From a virus (Duplodnaviria; Caudoviricetes), in IMG/VR virus record IMGVR_UViG_3300048574_000482, positions 1 through 29,149 of that record: a stretch of 29,149 bases of DNA, one strand, 5' to 3'. Below, piece after piece: positions 1 to 8,771 of this stretch. Numbering within the stretch: position 1 is the first letter of the stretch; each line of letters begins with the position of its first letter. Made by a program: the position numbers and the translations under genes. Under the pieces are notes generated by a model. That model worked only from the letters and a program-made list of their open reading frames with translations. It ran no database searches and had not been told where the DNA came from.

Positions 1-270
1 ATGAAGAAGCGTTTTGCAATCGCGGAGCCGAAAGAGTTTTTTAGGCAAAAATATAGCCTTCTCGCTTCGGCGGAAATCGCTCAACTCATGAAGACGAAGG
101 AAAACTCTTCATGGGAAGAATGGTACGAGGCGTTGCAGTCATACGCCGACGGACTTGGTGATGATTGGGAAAGAAGTCTTGTGTCTGACTGTGGGGAAGA
201 ATGCTGGCGCGAAGCATACGATTCCGGTGATGACGTTAAAACCGCCTTCGTTGAAGGATTCACGGAATAA
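1..270 (+). CDS. Hypothetical acidic protein, possibly an integron gene-cassette ORF
   Basis: 89-aa ORF (an internal ATG at 88 is a possible alternative start); its stop codon is followed after one base by an attC-like element. Confidence 0.65.
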   Translation: MKKRFAIAEPKEFFRQKYSLLASAEIAQLMKTKENSSWEEWYEALQSYADGLGDDWERSLVSDCGEECWREAYDSGDDVKTAFVEGFTE

Positions 271-271
271 C

Positions 272-330
272 GTCTAACAACTGCTTCAACTTGATTCGCC
301 TTTGGCTCACAAGTTAAGCAAATGTTGGTT
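272..330 (+). other. Integron attC-like recombination site (59-base element)
   Basis: R'' GTCTAAC 272-278, 5-bp spacer, L'' CTT(C)AACT 284-291 with one extra base, central loop, L' AGTTAAG 312-318, 5-bp spacer, R' GTTGGTT 324-330. Total length 59 bp, directly after a stop codon. Confidence 0.8.
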
Positions 331-384
331 GATCTTTTCGCCAGAATCAGTAAATAGATTCTTGACGCCAGACGGGAGGAAGAG

Positions 385-684
385 ATGGAAAACACCGAAG
401 CATCAATAATGATTTGCGGATTGCCATATAGAATTATTTATCGAGATAGAAATTCTCGTTCAGACATGTCAATGGGGCGATGCGATTCAAAGGAATTGAC
501 AATACACATCGACAAGGAAATGCCAGAGGAGCAGCGTAAGGCAACACTTTGCCACGAATGGATTCATGCTGTACTCGATGCAAATGGAGTAGAGCATCCT
601 GAATCAGTAGCGGCTGTGCTTGGAACGGAATTGTATAGATCAGGGTTTGAGCCCTGGAAGAAACCTGACAACGGTTTAAACTAG
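385..684 (+). CDS. Small zincin-like metallopeptidase (HExxH; ImmA/IrrE-like phage protein)
   Basis: Motif TLCHEWIHAVL preceded by GRCD...TIHID; SD GGAGG upstream. Confidence 0.75.
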   Translation: MENTEASIMICGLPYRIIYRDRNSRSDMSMGRCDSKELTIHIDKEMPEEQRKATLCHEWIHAVLDANGVEHPESVAAVLGTELYRSGFEPWKKPDNGLN

Positions 685-704
685 ACCGACCCCGAACGGG
701 AGGA

Positions 705-893
705 ATGATGAAACGAAAAGAAATTGTTGGCATGTGTATTGGCGCAGTAATTGGCCTTGCCGTAAGTATCTGGCTGTTTTTCCCCTATGATATTCTTTCG
801 GCAACGATCGATGCCGGATTAAACAGGCTTTTAGCGCTTGTACCACCCGTAGCTGGCGGTGGTTTCGGATACATAGCCGGAACAAGTACCTAG
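705..893 (+). CDS. Small membrane protein
   Basis: 62 aa, hydrophobic IVGMCIGAVIGLAVSIWLFF plus a second hydrophobic stretch; GGAGG directly upstream (the second ATG at 708 may be the start). Confidence 0.6.
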   Translation: MMKRKEIVGMCIGAVIGLAVSIWLFFPYDILSATIDAGLNRLLALVPPVAGGGFGYIAGTST

Positions 894-910
894 CCCCTTC
901 GGAGTTTATT

Positions 911-1084
911 GTGACAAGAGCGCATAGGGCAAAATTAAACAGAATTAATCAAAGAATACTAAGAGATGCAATCCGTTTTGTACCAATAAAAGAATGTGGT
1001 AACTGTATCCTCCGGGGCGTAGAACAACAAGTTCAACTCGACTCGGAGCAGAAACAAGCGAAAATAGTCCCGGAGGAAAAATGA
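911..1084 (+). CDS. Small hypothetical protein (57 aa, CxxC), absent from the ORF track
   Basis: GGAG at 901-904, GTG at 911, translates MTRAHRAKLNRINQRILRDAIRFVPIKECGNCILRG...EEK; its TGA overlaps the next ATG (ATGA 1081-1084). Confidence 0.55.
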   Translation: MTRAHRAKLNRINQRILRDAIRFVPIKECGNCILRGVEQQVQLDSEQKQAKIVPEEK

Positions 1085-1317
1085 CAGTAGCATCCATTGT
1101 GAAAAAATATCTTGAAGATAATGGGTACGATGGATTATGTGGTGACAGCTGCGGTTGTGGAAAAGAGGATCTCATGCCGTGCGATAACGACTGCTCATCC
1201 TGTGAGCCGGCATACGGTTTTGTCTGTCCCGGCGGCGATAAATGTCCTGATAGTGACTCTTGCGAATCCGGAGGAGATGCAGGATGCACGTGTTATGGTC
1301 CGCAAAAAAGAGCTTGA
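1081..1317 (+). CDS. Cysteine-rich small protein (probable metal binding)
   Basis: 11 Cys in 78 aa (GYDGLCGDSCGC...DLMPC...CSSCEPAY); SD GGAGG. Confidence 0.7.
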   Translation: MTVASIVKKYLEDNGYDGLCGDSCGCGKEDLMPCDNDCSSCEPAYGFVCPGGDKCPDSDSCESGGDAGCTCYGPQKRA

Positions 1318-1323
1318 AAATAT

Positions 1324-1446
1324 ATGAACGTACCAACTCGATTCAATCCGCCTGACCGGCCCCGGAATTGTGCCGACTGCGTGAACAACGGTAACTGCAA
1401 AAAAACCTGTATAACGCCGATCTACGGAAAAAAACAAAGGAAATAA
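1324..1446 (+). CDS. Tiny Cys4 protein (40 aa), absent from the ORF track
   Basis: MNVPTRFNPPDRPRNCADCVNNGNCKKTCITPIYGKKQRK fills the gap between neighbouring genes; CxxC-x5-CxxxC; weak SD. Confidence 0.45.
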   Translation: MNVPTRFNPPDRPRNCADCVNNGNCKKTCITPIYGKKQRK

Positions 1447-1471
1447 AATCATCCTTTTGGGAGGAAATAAA

Positions 1472-2833
1472 TTGGCTACGGCAACAACCATGACATGGAG
1501 AAAAGTACCTCGGGACCTTGCACGGAAACCCGAGGTTTTGTTTATCGTACGCCGGCTTCCGGAGCATCGCAAATGGCAGCCGGCCGCCGTATATCATTCT
1601 TTGTTCGCCGAAGCCGATGACTTTGGCAATGTCGACCTCGAGGACATGGAAGTGTTCGCCGATCTCTGTCTCATCACGGATATCGCGGATCTCCAGGACG
1701 TGATTGCCCGCATGCTCGAGCGTCGGATCATCACCGAGTTCGAGCCGCAGCTCTATCACCTCGTCGAGTGGGACCTTTTGTATACCTACGACGAGCGGCC
1801 CCGTATGGCACAGTCGATGACCGACCGGCGCAAGCGCATCCATAAAAAAATGACCGGCGGTAGCGCGGCTGGACTCGCCGCGGCCGCCGCCGGCGACCCG
1901 GATGTCTCCGACACCGACGTCGCCGATTTTTCGTCGTCTGAAAATGACACGAAAGCCGAAAATGTCGCTACATCTCCACATTTCGACAAAACCGGTCGAA
2001 ATGTCGACGCAAATAGAGAAGAGAAGAGAGACAAGAAAGAGAAGAGCAGAAAGAAAGAGAAGACACACACACAAGAAAGAGAGAGCCCGCCCACGCCCAC
2101 CGCCTGCGCCGGGCATAGCCCGGACTCCGGCGGTACGGGCGCGGGTCTGGGGCCTGAAGAGATAAGAGACGAAGAAATAGAACCCACAGAAGAGCCAGAG
2201 AGCACCGAGAACAAAAGAACGAGCACCGGCGAGGGAACCGAAGGGGCTCTCACAATCGAGCGAGCCGATACACATGAGGGATTCAGCACAGGCGATGCAA
2301 TCGATTCGGTAGTGAAACAAGGGGTATCAGAAAGAGCGCCACCTCCCGAGGAGTGTCTTGCCCCCCGGAAGGCACTTTCAGAGTATTTCTCACGCAATAA
2401 CCCCATGGGATACCCGAATCTCGATATCGAAGCGGGCGCAATCAAGCTGCTTTCCGCTCGTATGGCCTCTCTGGGAACTGAAAAATACAATGCCGAGATT
2501 GTAGCCTGCCAATTCGTCGGCGCATTTCGGAAGCTCATTGACTCATCGCCCTATTACAAGGACATGCCGTGCATCCCGAGCATGCTCCTAAAGCCCGGAA
2601 CCTACTCGAAAGTGTTCACGATGGTGCAGCGGGTGCTCTACCCGAAGGGCGACATGAACGTTTCGTGGGTCGAATCTTGGGAAAAAACGCTGTCTGACGT
2701 GCGAAAGTATCGGGATTCCCATGACTCCGAGGAAGAAATAGGGTTAACGTACGAAAAGTACGGCATCGATCCGAAAGATCCTGCACGATTCCAGAAGTTG
2801 CAGGCCGCGAAGAAGGGAGAAACAGGTAAATGA
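1472..2833 (+). CDS. Putative phage replication initiator / replisome-organiser-like protein
   Basis: N-terminal W-R-K...VYHSLFAEADDFGNV winged-helix-like region, then DRRKRIHKK, then a charged REEKRDKKEK linker typical of phage initiators. TTG at 1472 lies 7 nt after GGAGG and is preferred over 1457. Confidence 0.55.
   Translation: MATATTMTWRKVPRDLARKPEVLFIVRRLPEHRKWQPAAVYHSLFAEADDFGNVDLEDMEVFADLCLITDIADLQDVIARMLERRIITEFEPQLYHLVEWDLLYTYDERPRMAQSMTDRRKRIHKKMTGGSAAGLAAAAAGDPDVSDTDVADFSSSENDTKAENVATSPHFDKTGRNVDANREEKRDKKEKSRKKEKTHTQERESPPTPTACAGHSPDSGGTGAGLGPEEIRDEEIEPTEEPESTENKRTSTGEGTEGALTIERADTHEGFSTGDAIDSVVKQGVSERAPPPEECLAPRKALSEYFSRNNPMGYPNLDIEAGAIKLLSARMASLGTEKYNAEIVACQFVGAFRKLIDSSPYYKDMPCIPSMLLKPGTYSKVFTMVQRVLYPKGDMNVSWVESWEKTLSDVRKYRDSHDSEEEIGLTYEKYGIDPKDPARFQKLQAAKKGETGK
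1940..2085. repeat. Iteron-like repeats followed by a purine-rich tract (possible replication origin)
   Basis: GAAAATGACA 1940-1949, GAAAATGTCG 1958-1967, inverted pair ACATTTCGAC 1978-1987 / GTCGAAATGT 1995-2004, then an A/G-dominated tract at about 2011-2085. Confidence 0.4.
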
Positions 2834-3483
2834 GCGATCAGGCAGCATCCGAAACCGCAGTAGCGAGCCCCGAGACTTGGGAAGATCTCGTCAAAGGGCG
2901 TGTTCGCCTGTTCGTTTTGTGGTACTGCACGGACGATCTCTGTTTTTTGAACGGGACCGCGGCTTATAAGCAGGCATACCGGAAGAAAATCCCGGATACT
3001 GAAAAGTACGAGGATCCAACTGATGAAGTCGCCGCGGCGAGCGCAAGCAGACTGTTAAGAAATGTTAAGGTCAAACGCGCTATACAAATGCTCCTGAAAA
3101 CGACGAGCGACGAGGCGGACGAGCGCGGAGCGCAGCAGCTTTTGAAGGACTGGAGAACGCTCGCGTTTTACGATCCGGCGAAGATACTGACGAATGACGG
3201 AAAGTTGAAGGTTAAAAAGCTTGAGGACCTCGGACCGCTTTCGATCTGCATCAAGGCAATTGAGCGGACAGCGGATCGAAACGGAAACATTTACACCAAT
3301 ATCAAGCTATACGATCGTCGCCAGATAATGCAGGACTACGCGAAGTACCTCAACCTCATCCGGGCCGATCTCGGCGATGGCATGGCGATCCCCGTCGTGC
3401 TCCTGAACGGCAAGTCGGACCCCGCAGAATGGAATAAGCAACATGGAAACAGCGAATCAAATCCCGCGAACGGTCAGCAGTAA
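2830..3483 (+). CDS. terS: Terminase small subunit
   Basis: NGTAAYKQAY...AAASASRLLRNVKVK HTH signature, IKLYDR motif; overlaps the large terminase start. Confidence 0.85.
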   Translation: MSDQAASETAVASPETWEDLVKGRVRLFVLWYCTDDLCFLNGTAAYKQAYRKKIPDTEKYEDPTDEVAAASASRLLRNVKVKRAIQMLLKTTSDEADERGAQQLLKDWRTLAFYDPAKILTNDGKLKVKKLEDLGPLSICIKAIERTADRNGNIYTNIKLYDRRQIMQDYAKYLNLIRADLGDGMAIPVVLLNGKSDPAEWNKQHGNSESNPANGQQ

Positions 3484-4864
3484 CGTTATTTGGCAGCCGC
3501 AGCCCAAGCAGGCCGTGGCGCTCTCGTGCCCGGCGTTCGAGCTTTTGTACGGCGGCGCGGCCGGCGGCGGGAAGTCCGATTTTCTTCTGGCAGACTATCT
3601 TTCCGGCATCAATCAATGGGGCCGTGAGTGGAAAGGAATCCTCTTTCGAAAGACATACGCGGAGCTCGAGGAGATAATCTCGCGGGCCCGCGACATCTAC
3701 ATCCCGCTCGGCGCCCGCTTCAACGAGGCAAAGGCGACGTTTATTTTTCCGAACGGGGCGACGCTCAAGCTCCGTTATCTCGAGCGCATGGAAGACGTGA
3801 CCCATTACCAGGGGCACCAATACACCTGGGTCGGATTCGATGAGCTGGGAAACTACACGTCGGACTATTGCTGGCGCTTCATGGTATCCCGCTGCCGGTC
3901 CGCTGCCGGCGCGCCATGCTTTATCCGTGGCACCGCGAACCCGGGCGGCGTCGGTCACTCCTGGATCAAGGTCCGGTTTATCGACGGGTACGTGCCGAAC
4001 CGGATATACGTGGATCCCGAAACCGAGCTGACCCGTTGTTTCATCCCCTCGACCCTCGAGGATAATCAGGCGCTCATGGTGAACGATCCGCAGTACGCGC
4101 AGCGCATGAAGCTCCTGCCGCCGCAGCTCTACCGGGCGATGCGCTTCGGCAACTGGGACGTGTTCGCCGGTCAGGTGTTCGAGGAATTCGCGCGGGAGAA
4201 GAACGGCGCGGAATGGCATGTCATCAAACCGTTCGCGCTCAATCCTGGTCAGTGGTTCAAGTTCGCGGCACTGGACTGGGGCTATGCAAAACCGTTCTCA
4301 ATCGGTTGGTGGGCGGTCAACTCGGACGGCCGCATGATCCGGTACCGCGAGCTCTATGGATGCGATCCCAAGGAACAGAACGTCGGTGTCCGGCGCGGCG
4401 CGCTAGACGTTGCCCAAGAGGCGTGGGCAATCTCCGCACCCGAAGGCGTCTCGACTATCGTGGTCGACGGCGCGATCCGTAGCAAAGACGACGAGGGCCC
4501 GAGTATCTGGGAGCAGTTCGAATCCGTGGGATGGAATGTAATCGCGGGCAACAAGGACCGTGTGAACGGGATCATGCAGTTTCACCAGTCGCTCATGAAC
4601 ACCGGAGAGGACGGCAGGCCGATGCTACTGGTATTCAACACCTGCTATGCGTTCATCCGGACGATACCGACGCTCCTGCCGGATCCAAACCATCCTGAGG
4701 ATATCGACTCGAAGCTCGAGGATCATGTTTACGACGAGTCACGGTATGCCATCATGAGCGAGTTCGCGAAGAATCCCGTAAATGCGCTCCGAAAGCAGAA
4801 TGGTTCATATACGTTCGCGACACAGAAGAAGACTTGGGATCCGCTCCGGGGCATTCAGAAATAA
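3443..4864 (+). CDS. terL: Terminase large subunit
   Basis: Walker A YGGAAGGGKS, Walker B WVGFDE, coupling motif TANPGG, nuclease ALDWGYAKP and EDHVYDESRY. Confidence 0.95.
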   Translation: METANQIPRTVSSNVIWQPQPKQAVALSCPAFELLYGGAAGGGKSDFLLADYLSGINQWGREWKGILFRKTYAELEEIISRARDIYIPLGARFNEAKATFIFPNGATLKLRYLERMEDVTHYQGHQYTWVGFDELGNYTSDYCWRFMVSRCRSAAGAPCFIRGTANPGGVGHSWIKVRFIDGYVPNRIYVDPETELTRCFIPSTLEDNQALMVNDPQYAQRMKLLPPQLYRAMRFGNWDVFAGQVFEEFAREKNGAEWHVIKPFALNPGQWFKFAALDWGYAKPFSIGWWAVNSDGRMIRYRELYGCDPKEQNVGVRRGALDVAQEAWAISAPEGVSTIVVDGAIRSKDDEGPSIWEQFESVGWNVIAGNKDRVNGIMQFHQSLMNTGEDGRPMLLVFNTCYAFIRTIPTLLPDPNHPEDIDSKLEDHVYDESRYAIMSEFAKNPVNALRKQNGSYTFATQKKTWDPLRGIQK

Positions 4865-4872
4865 TTTTTTCA

Positions 4873-4901
4873 TTTCCCTGTCCATAAAAAATCATCATGA
4901 T
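4873..4901 (+). promoter_or_regulatory. Putative late promoter upstream of the portal gene
   Basis: TTTCCCTGTC, A-run and -10-like CATGAT in an AT-rich gap; the same motif recurs at 27726-27755. Confidence 0.45.
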
Positions 4902-4912
4902 ACCGTTTTCTC

Positions 4913-6586
4913 ATGACGGACAAAGAGCTCATCGAAGAAATAGGCGACGAGTTTCAGCACCTTAAAAACATCCGCGCAATATACGAGCCGGCCTGGAAGG
5001 AGGCCGAAAACTATTCTCGCGCCCATCTTTCCAACTGGGACGGATCCGACAGACGCGCTGAACGCCCTCATCGGTATTCGAGCGAAGCGGCGAACGATCT
5101 CGATATACTTGTCTCCGGGCTCATGGGCTATACCATCAGCCCAAACCTTGCCTGGATGAAATTATCGCTCGACAAGCTCGAGTGGCTCAAGATGTACGGC
5201 GTCAAGGACTGGCTCGAGAGCGTCGAGAAGAAACTCTATGCCACGTTTGTTGCGTCGAATCTCTATCCCGAGGCGCCCGCACTGTTCCGCGATGCCGGAT
5301 CATCCGGGCACGGAGTTATGCTCATCGACGAGGACGTATCAACCGGCAAGATCCGCTACACGACCCGGCAGACTCCCGAGATTTATCTCGACGTGAACGA
5401 GCACGACGAGGTCGACACGGTCTATCGCTATTTTTCCATGACCATCCGACAGATGGCCGCATTTTTCGGAAAAGAAAACCTTGACGAGAAAATTCAGCAC
5501 ATGGTCGACGACGGGAGCCAGAAACATACGCGGGTGAACGTGCTTCATGCGGTGTATCCGCGGCGAGAGCGAAATGAGGAAAGCCGCAACATCAAGGATG
5601 CGGCATGGGCATCCGTTTACGTGGACTGGGATAACCAGCACGTACTGGAGGAATCCGGATACTACGAATTCCCCTATGCCGTATTCACCTGGTCCCGGAT
5701 ACCGCGCGTAGGGTACGGCGATTCCCCTGCCCAGGACGCCATGCCGGACATTCTTCTCCTCGAGCGCGCGGAAGAATCGCGCATCATGATAGCCCAACAG
5801 TCGGCGCAGCCGGCATACAACGTACCGGAGATGATGCGCGGGTCCGAATCGGTTATTCCCGGAGGATATAACTATTTCAAGCAAGCCGATCAGCAGATAC
5901 AGCCGATCAACACCGGCGCGAACTATCCCATAACGATCCAAGTCGTCGACGGATTCCAGAAGCGCATTCGGAACTGGTTTCACGTCGATTTCTTCCTGAT
6001 GCTCATGCAGCAGGCCGCGGGCAACAAGACCGCGACTGAGGTCGTCGCGCTTCAGGGCGAGCAGGCGGCGATTCTGTCTCCCCTCATCGTCAACCAGAGC
6101 GCGGCGCTTTCGGCAATCATCAAGCGCACGTTTAACATCCTGTATCGTCAGGGAAAGATTCCGGAGCCGCCGGCGGCCCTCGCCGGATCCGGGGCCGAGC
6201 TCAAGATCGAGTTTGTCGGTCCGCTCGCGCAGGCGCAGAAGCGCTATCACCAGGCGGGCGGCATCGCGCAGAGTCTTTCCCTCGCGCAACCGGTTCTCGG
6301 CCTGTTTCCACAGTCTGGCGACCTCATCGACGGCGACGAACTCATCAAGAGTATCCTCGACAACAACGGATTCCCGCAGACGGCTCTCCGCGAAGACAAG
6401 GACGTCGAGGAAATCCGCGCGGCGCGCGCAGCGCAGGCGCAGGCACAGCAGGACCAGGCTGTCAAACTGCAACAACAGCAGATGCTTCTGCAGAACTACA
6501 ACAAGCTCAATCAGCCCACGCAGGGCGGGTCGCCGCTCGCTGAACTCGATTCGCAGCGGGCCGGATCCTTGGGAGGCCGCTCATGA
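4913..6586 (+). CDS. Portal (head-tail connector, T7 gp8/BPP-1 type)
   Basis: 557 aa after terL; motifs YGDSPAQDAMPDI, KTATEV, IEFVGPLAQAQK, Gln/Ala-rich C-terminal barrel. Confidence 0.92.
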   Translation: MTDKELIEEIGDEFQHLKNIRAIYEPAWKEAENYSRAHLSNWDGSDRRAERPHRYSSEAANDLDILVSGLMGYTISPNLAWMKLSLDKLEWLKMYGVKDWLESVEKKLYATFVASNLYPEAPALFRDAGSSGHGVMLIDEDVSTGKIRYTTRQTPEIYLDVNEHDEVDTVYRYFSMTIRQMAAFFGKENLDEKIQHMVDDGSQKHTRVNVLHAVYPRRERNEESRNIKDAAWASVYVDWDNQHVLEESGYYEFPYAVFTWSRIPRVGYGDSPAQDAMPDILLLERAEESRIMIAQQSAQPAYNVPEMMRGSESVIPGGYNYFKQADQQIQPINTGANYPITIQVVDGFQKRIRNWFHVDFFLMLMQQAAGNKTATEVVALQGEQAAILSPLIVNQSAALSAIIKRTFNILYRQGKIPEPPAALAGSGAELKIEFVGPLAQAQKRYHQAGGIAQSLSLAQPVLGLFPQSGDLIDGDELIKSILDNNGFPQTALREDKDVEEIRAARAAQAQAQQDQAVKLQQQQMLLQNYNKLNQPTQGGSPLAELDSQRAGSLGGRS

Positions 6587-6879
6587 TGGACGTTTTGAAG
6601 CCGATCAGATGTCTCCTCCCGGGCTACAAGAACGCGAGACCGGAAGATCAGATCAAGGCGCTTCGCGAGACGATTCGCCGGGTTACGGCAACGGCCGACG
6701 GGAAGGTGCTCATCAATGCCCTGCTCGTCGACCTCAAATATTTCGACAAGGCAGAAAGTGAGGACGAACGAGTCCTCTGCGAGTACGCCAAATTTTTCAT
6801 AAGGGAACGGCTGGGTATCGTGAACACGTTCGATCTTTCGAACGCGATCCTGAAAACCAGCGAATCCCTGAAGGACTGA
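6583..6879 (+). CDS. Bbp19-like small protein between portal and scaffold
   Basis: Position, size (98 aa), RRVTATADGKVLINALL motif; ATGA overlap with the portal gene. Confidence 0.6.
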   Translation: MMDVLKPIRCLLPGYKNARPEDQIKALRETIRRVTATADGKVLINALLVDLKYFDKAESEDERVLCEYAKFFIRERLGIVNTFDLSNAILKTSESLKD

Positions 6880-6881
6880 TC

Positions 6882-7748
6882 ATGGGCGAACAGACTGGCC
6901 AGGCGACTGATAACCAGAATGCGGCGACGGGATCCCAGGGGGCGACCGCGCAGTCAGCCGCTACCGGATCTTCACTCCTCGACACGTTGACTGCAAAGAC
7001 CGCAACCGGAAACGGACAGGCCGCCGGAGAACCCGCCAAGGCAGGGGAAGGATCGGTGCCGACAGCTACCGGGGGCGAAGTAACGCCGGAGACGCTCGCG
7101 GAATGGGGCGCACAGCTGCCGAAAGAGATCAAAGAGAATCCCGACGCGGTGAAAGTTCTCGCAAAGTTCGGAAAACTCGGCGATCTCGCGAACGGATATC
7201 TCGAGCTCCAGAAGAAGCTCGGGAACTCACTGTCGATTCCCGGCGAGAACGCATCGAGCGACGAGATCGCGGCGTATCACAAGCGGATTGGAGTCCCTGA
7301 GAGCGCGGAAAAGTACAGCTTCAAGCAGGACGGCGCAGCTGAAAAAGAGTTTGCGTCTCTCGCGCTGAAAAACGGGATGACCGACAAGCAGGCGATCGCC
7401 TGCGCGGGGTTTTTCTCGTCAACCCTCGAAGCCATCAAAGCCGCCCGTGAAAACGCGAACGTGCAACAGATCATGGCATCCGATCAGGCGCTCAAGGAAA
7501 AATACGGAAGCAAGTACCCCGAGGCCATAGCTCACATCGAACGGGCAGTCCGTTCGTTCGGCGGCGAGGCATTCGGCAAGGTACTTCAAACCTCGGGACT
7601 CGCCGGGCATCCGGCCATTATCGAACTTTTGATTATGGCCGGTACGCAGATGAGCGAGGCGAGCGCAACCAATCGTGGAGGCAGTGGCGTCAATAGCGCC
7701 ATCAGGTCCATCAACGACGGCGGCTCGTTCGGATTCAAGCTCACCTAG
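6882..7748 (+). CDS. Capsid scaffolding protein
   Basis: Disordered A/T/G-rich N-terminus, W...LP, YLELQKKLG, RIGVPESAEKY and GLAGHPAII; lies directly before the capsid gene. Confidence 0.8.
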   Translation: MGEQTGQATDNQNAATGSQGATAQSAATGSSLLDTLTAKTATGNGQAAGEPAKAGEGSVPTATGGEVTPETLAEWGAQLPKEIKENPDAVKVLAKFGKLGDLANGYLELQKKLGNSLSIPGENASSDEIAAYHKRIGVPESAEKYSFKQDGAAEKEFASLALKNGMTDKQAIACAGFFSSTLEAIKAARENANVQQIMASDQALKEKYGSKYPEAIAHIERAVRSFGGEAFGKVLQTSGLAGHPAIIELLIMAGTQMSEASATNRGGSGVNSAIRSINDGGSFGFKLT

Positions 7749-7761
7749 GAGGTAGCAGACA

Positions 7762-8742
7762 ATGGCAACTCTCAATCAGATAGACCAGCTGACCGCGCTC
7801 GAAGTGACTCGGCGCGCGAATGCCGGTGAGGCATTCAACATCATCGAGGCAATGGTGCAGACGAACCAGATGCTCATGGACATGCCCGCGATCCCGGCGA
7901 ACGACGGAACGGTTCACAACACCGTAATCCGCACGTCACAGCGCGCGGGATCCAAACGCCTCTATAACCAGGGCATCGTCGGCGGAGCGACCACCACGAA
8001 AACGATCCTCGACCGGATCGCGACGCTGCAGGATTATTCGATCGTCGACGCCGATCTCGTGAAGGACTCCGGAAATCCCGAGGCCCTGCTCATGAGCGAG
8101 GACATCGGATTCCTCAACGGCATGGGTGCCACGCAGGCGGACGATCTCATCCACGGCGACAACGCGCTTGACCCTGCTTCGATCAACGGATTCATGACCC
8201 GTCTTTCGTCCCTCGCGGACACCGATAACGTGTTCAATGCCGGCGGCACCGGATCGAGCTGCAGCTCGATTTATGTGTGCGCGCTCGGTCCCCGCTTCTG
8301 TCATCTCATCTTCCCCAAAGGCGCAGCAGGCGTAGGCGTCTCTCGCGAGGATCTTGGACGCCAAAACTGGAACATGGGTACCGATAGCAACGGCAAGCAG
8401 CTCACCATGCCCGCGTACGTCCGGTTCTACTCCGCTAAATATGGTCTCGCGATCCCGCACCCGAAGGCGGTCAAGCGCATCGCGAACATCTCGGCCGCAG
8501 TAACGGGCGACACGATCGTCGACAAGATCATCGAGGCGCTCTGGAGACTCCCTGAAGGAACAACGAACGTCGCTATCTATGGAAATGTCGACGCTATGGT
8601 GAAGATCGACAAGGCCGGTTACAACAAGGCCAACGCCGTGTACACCAAGGAAGATCCCTGGGGAAATGTCATTACCCATGTCCGGAATGGACGCTGCCGC
8701 ACCGTGAACGCGATCACGAGCAACGAGGCGGCCATCTCGTAA
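7762..8742 (+). CDS. Major capsid protein (BPP-1 Bbp17-like HK97-type fold)
   Basis: 326 aa, strong SD AGGAGG, motifs ANDGTVHNTVIRT, RLYNQG, VKRIANI, C-terminal AITSNEAAIS. Confidence 0.88.
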   Translation: MATLNQIDQLTALEVTRRANAGEAFNIIEAMVQTNQMLMDMPAIPANDGTVHNTVIRTSQRAGSKRLYNQGIVGGATTTKTILDRIATLQDYSIVDADLVKDSGNPEALLMSEDIGFLNGMGATQADDLIHGDNALDPASINGFMTRLSSLADTDNVFNAGGTGSSCSSIYVCALGPRFCHLIFPKGAAGVGVSREDLGRQNWNMGTDSNGKQLTMPAYVRFYSAKYGLAIPHPKAVKRIANISAAVTGDTIVDKIIEALWRLPEGTTNVAIYGNVDAMVKIDKAGYNKANAVYTKEDPWGNVITHVRNGRCRTVNAITSNEAAIS

Positions 8743-8771
8743 CGAAGCCCGCCGGGCGGGCTTCGCCCGGC
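8743..8771 (+). promoter_or_regulatory. GC-rich hairpin(s) after the major capsid gene
   Basis: CGAAGCCCGCC/GGCGGGCTTCG (8743-8765) and overlapping GCCGGGCG/CGCCCGGC (8751-8771); no U-tract follows. Confidence 0.55.
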
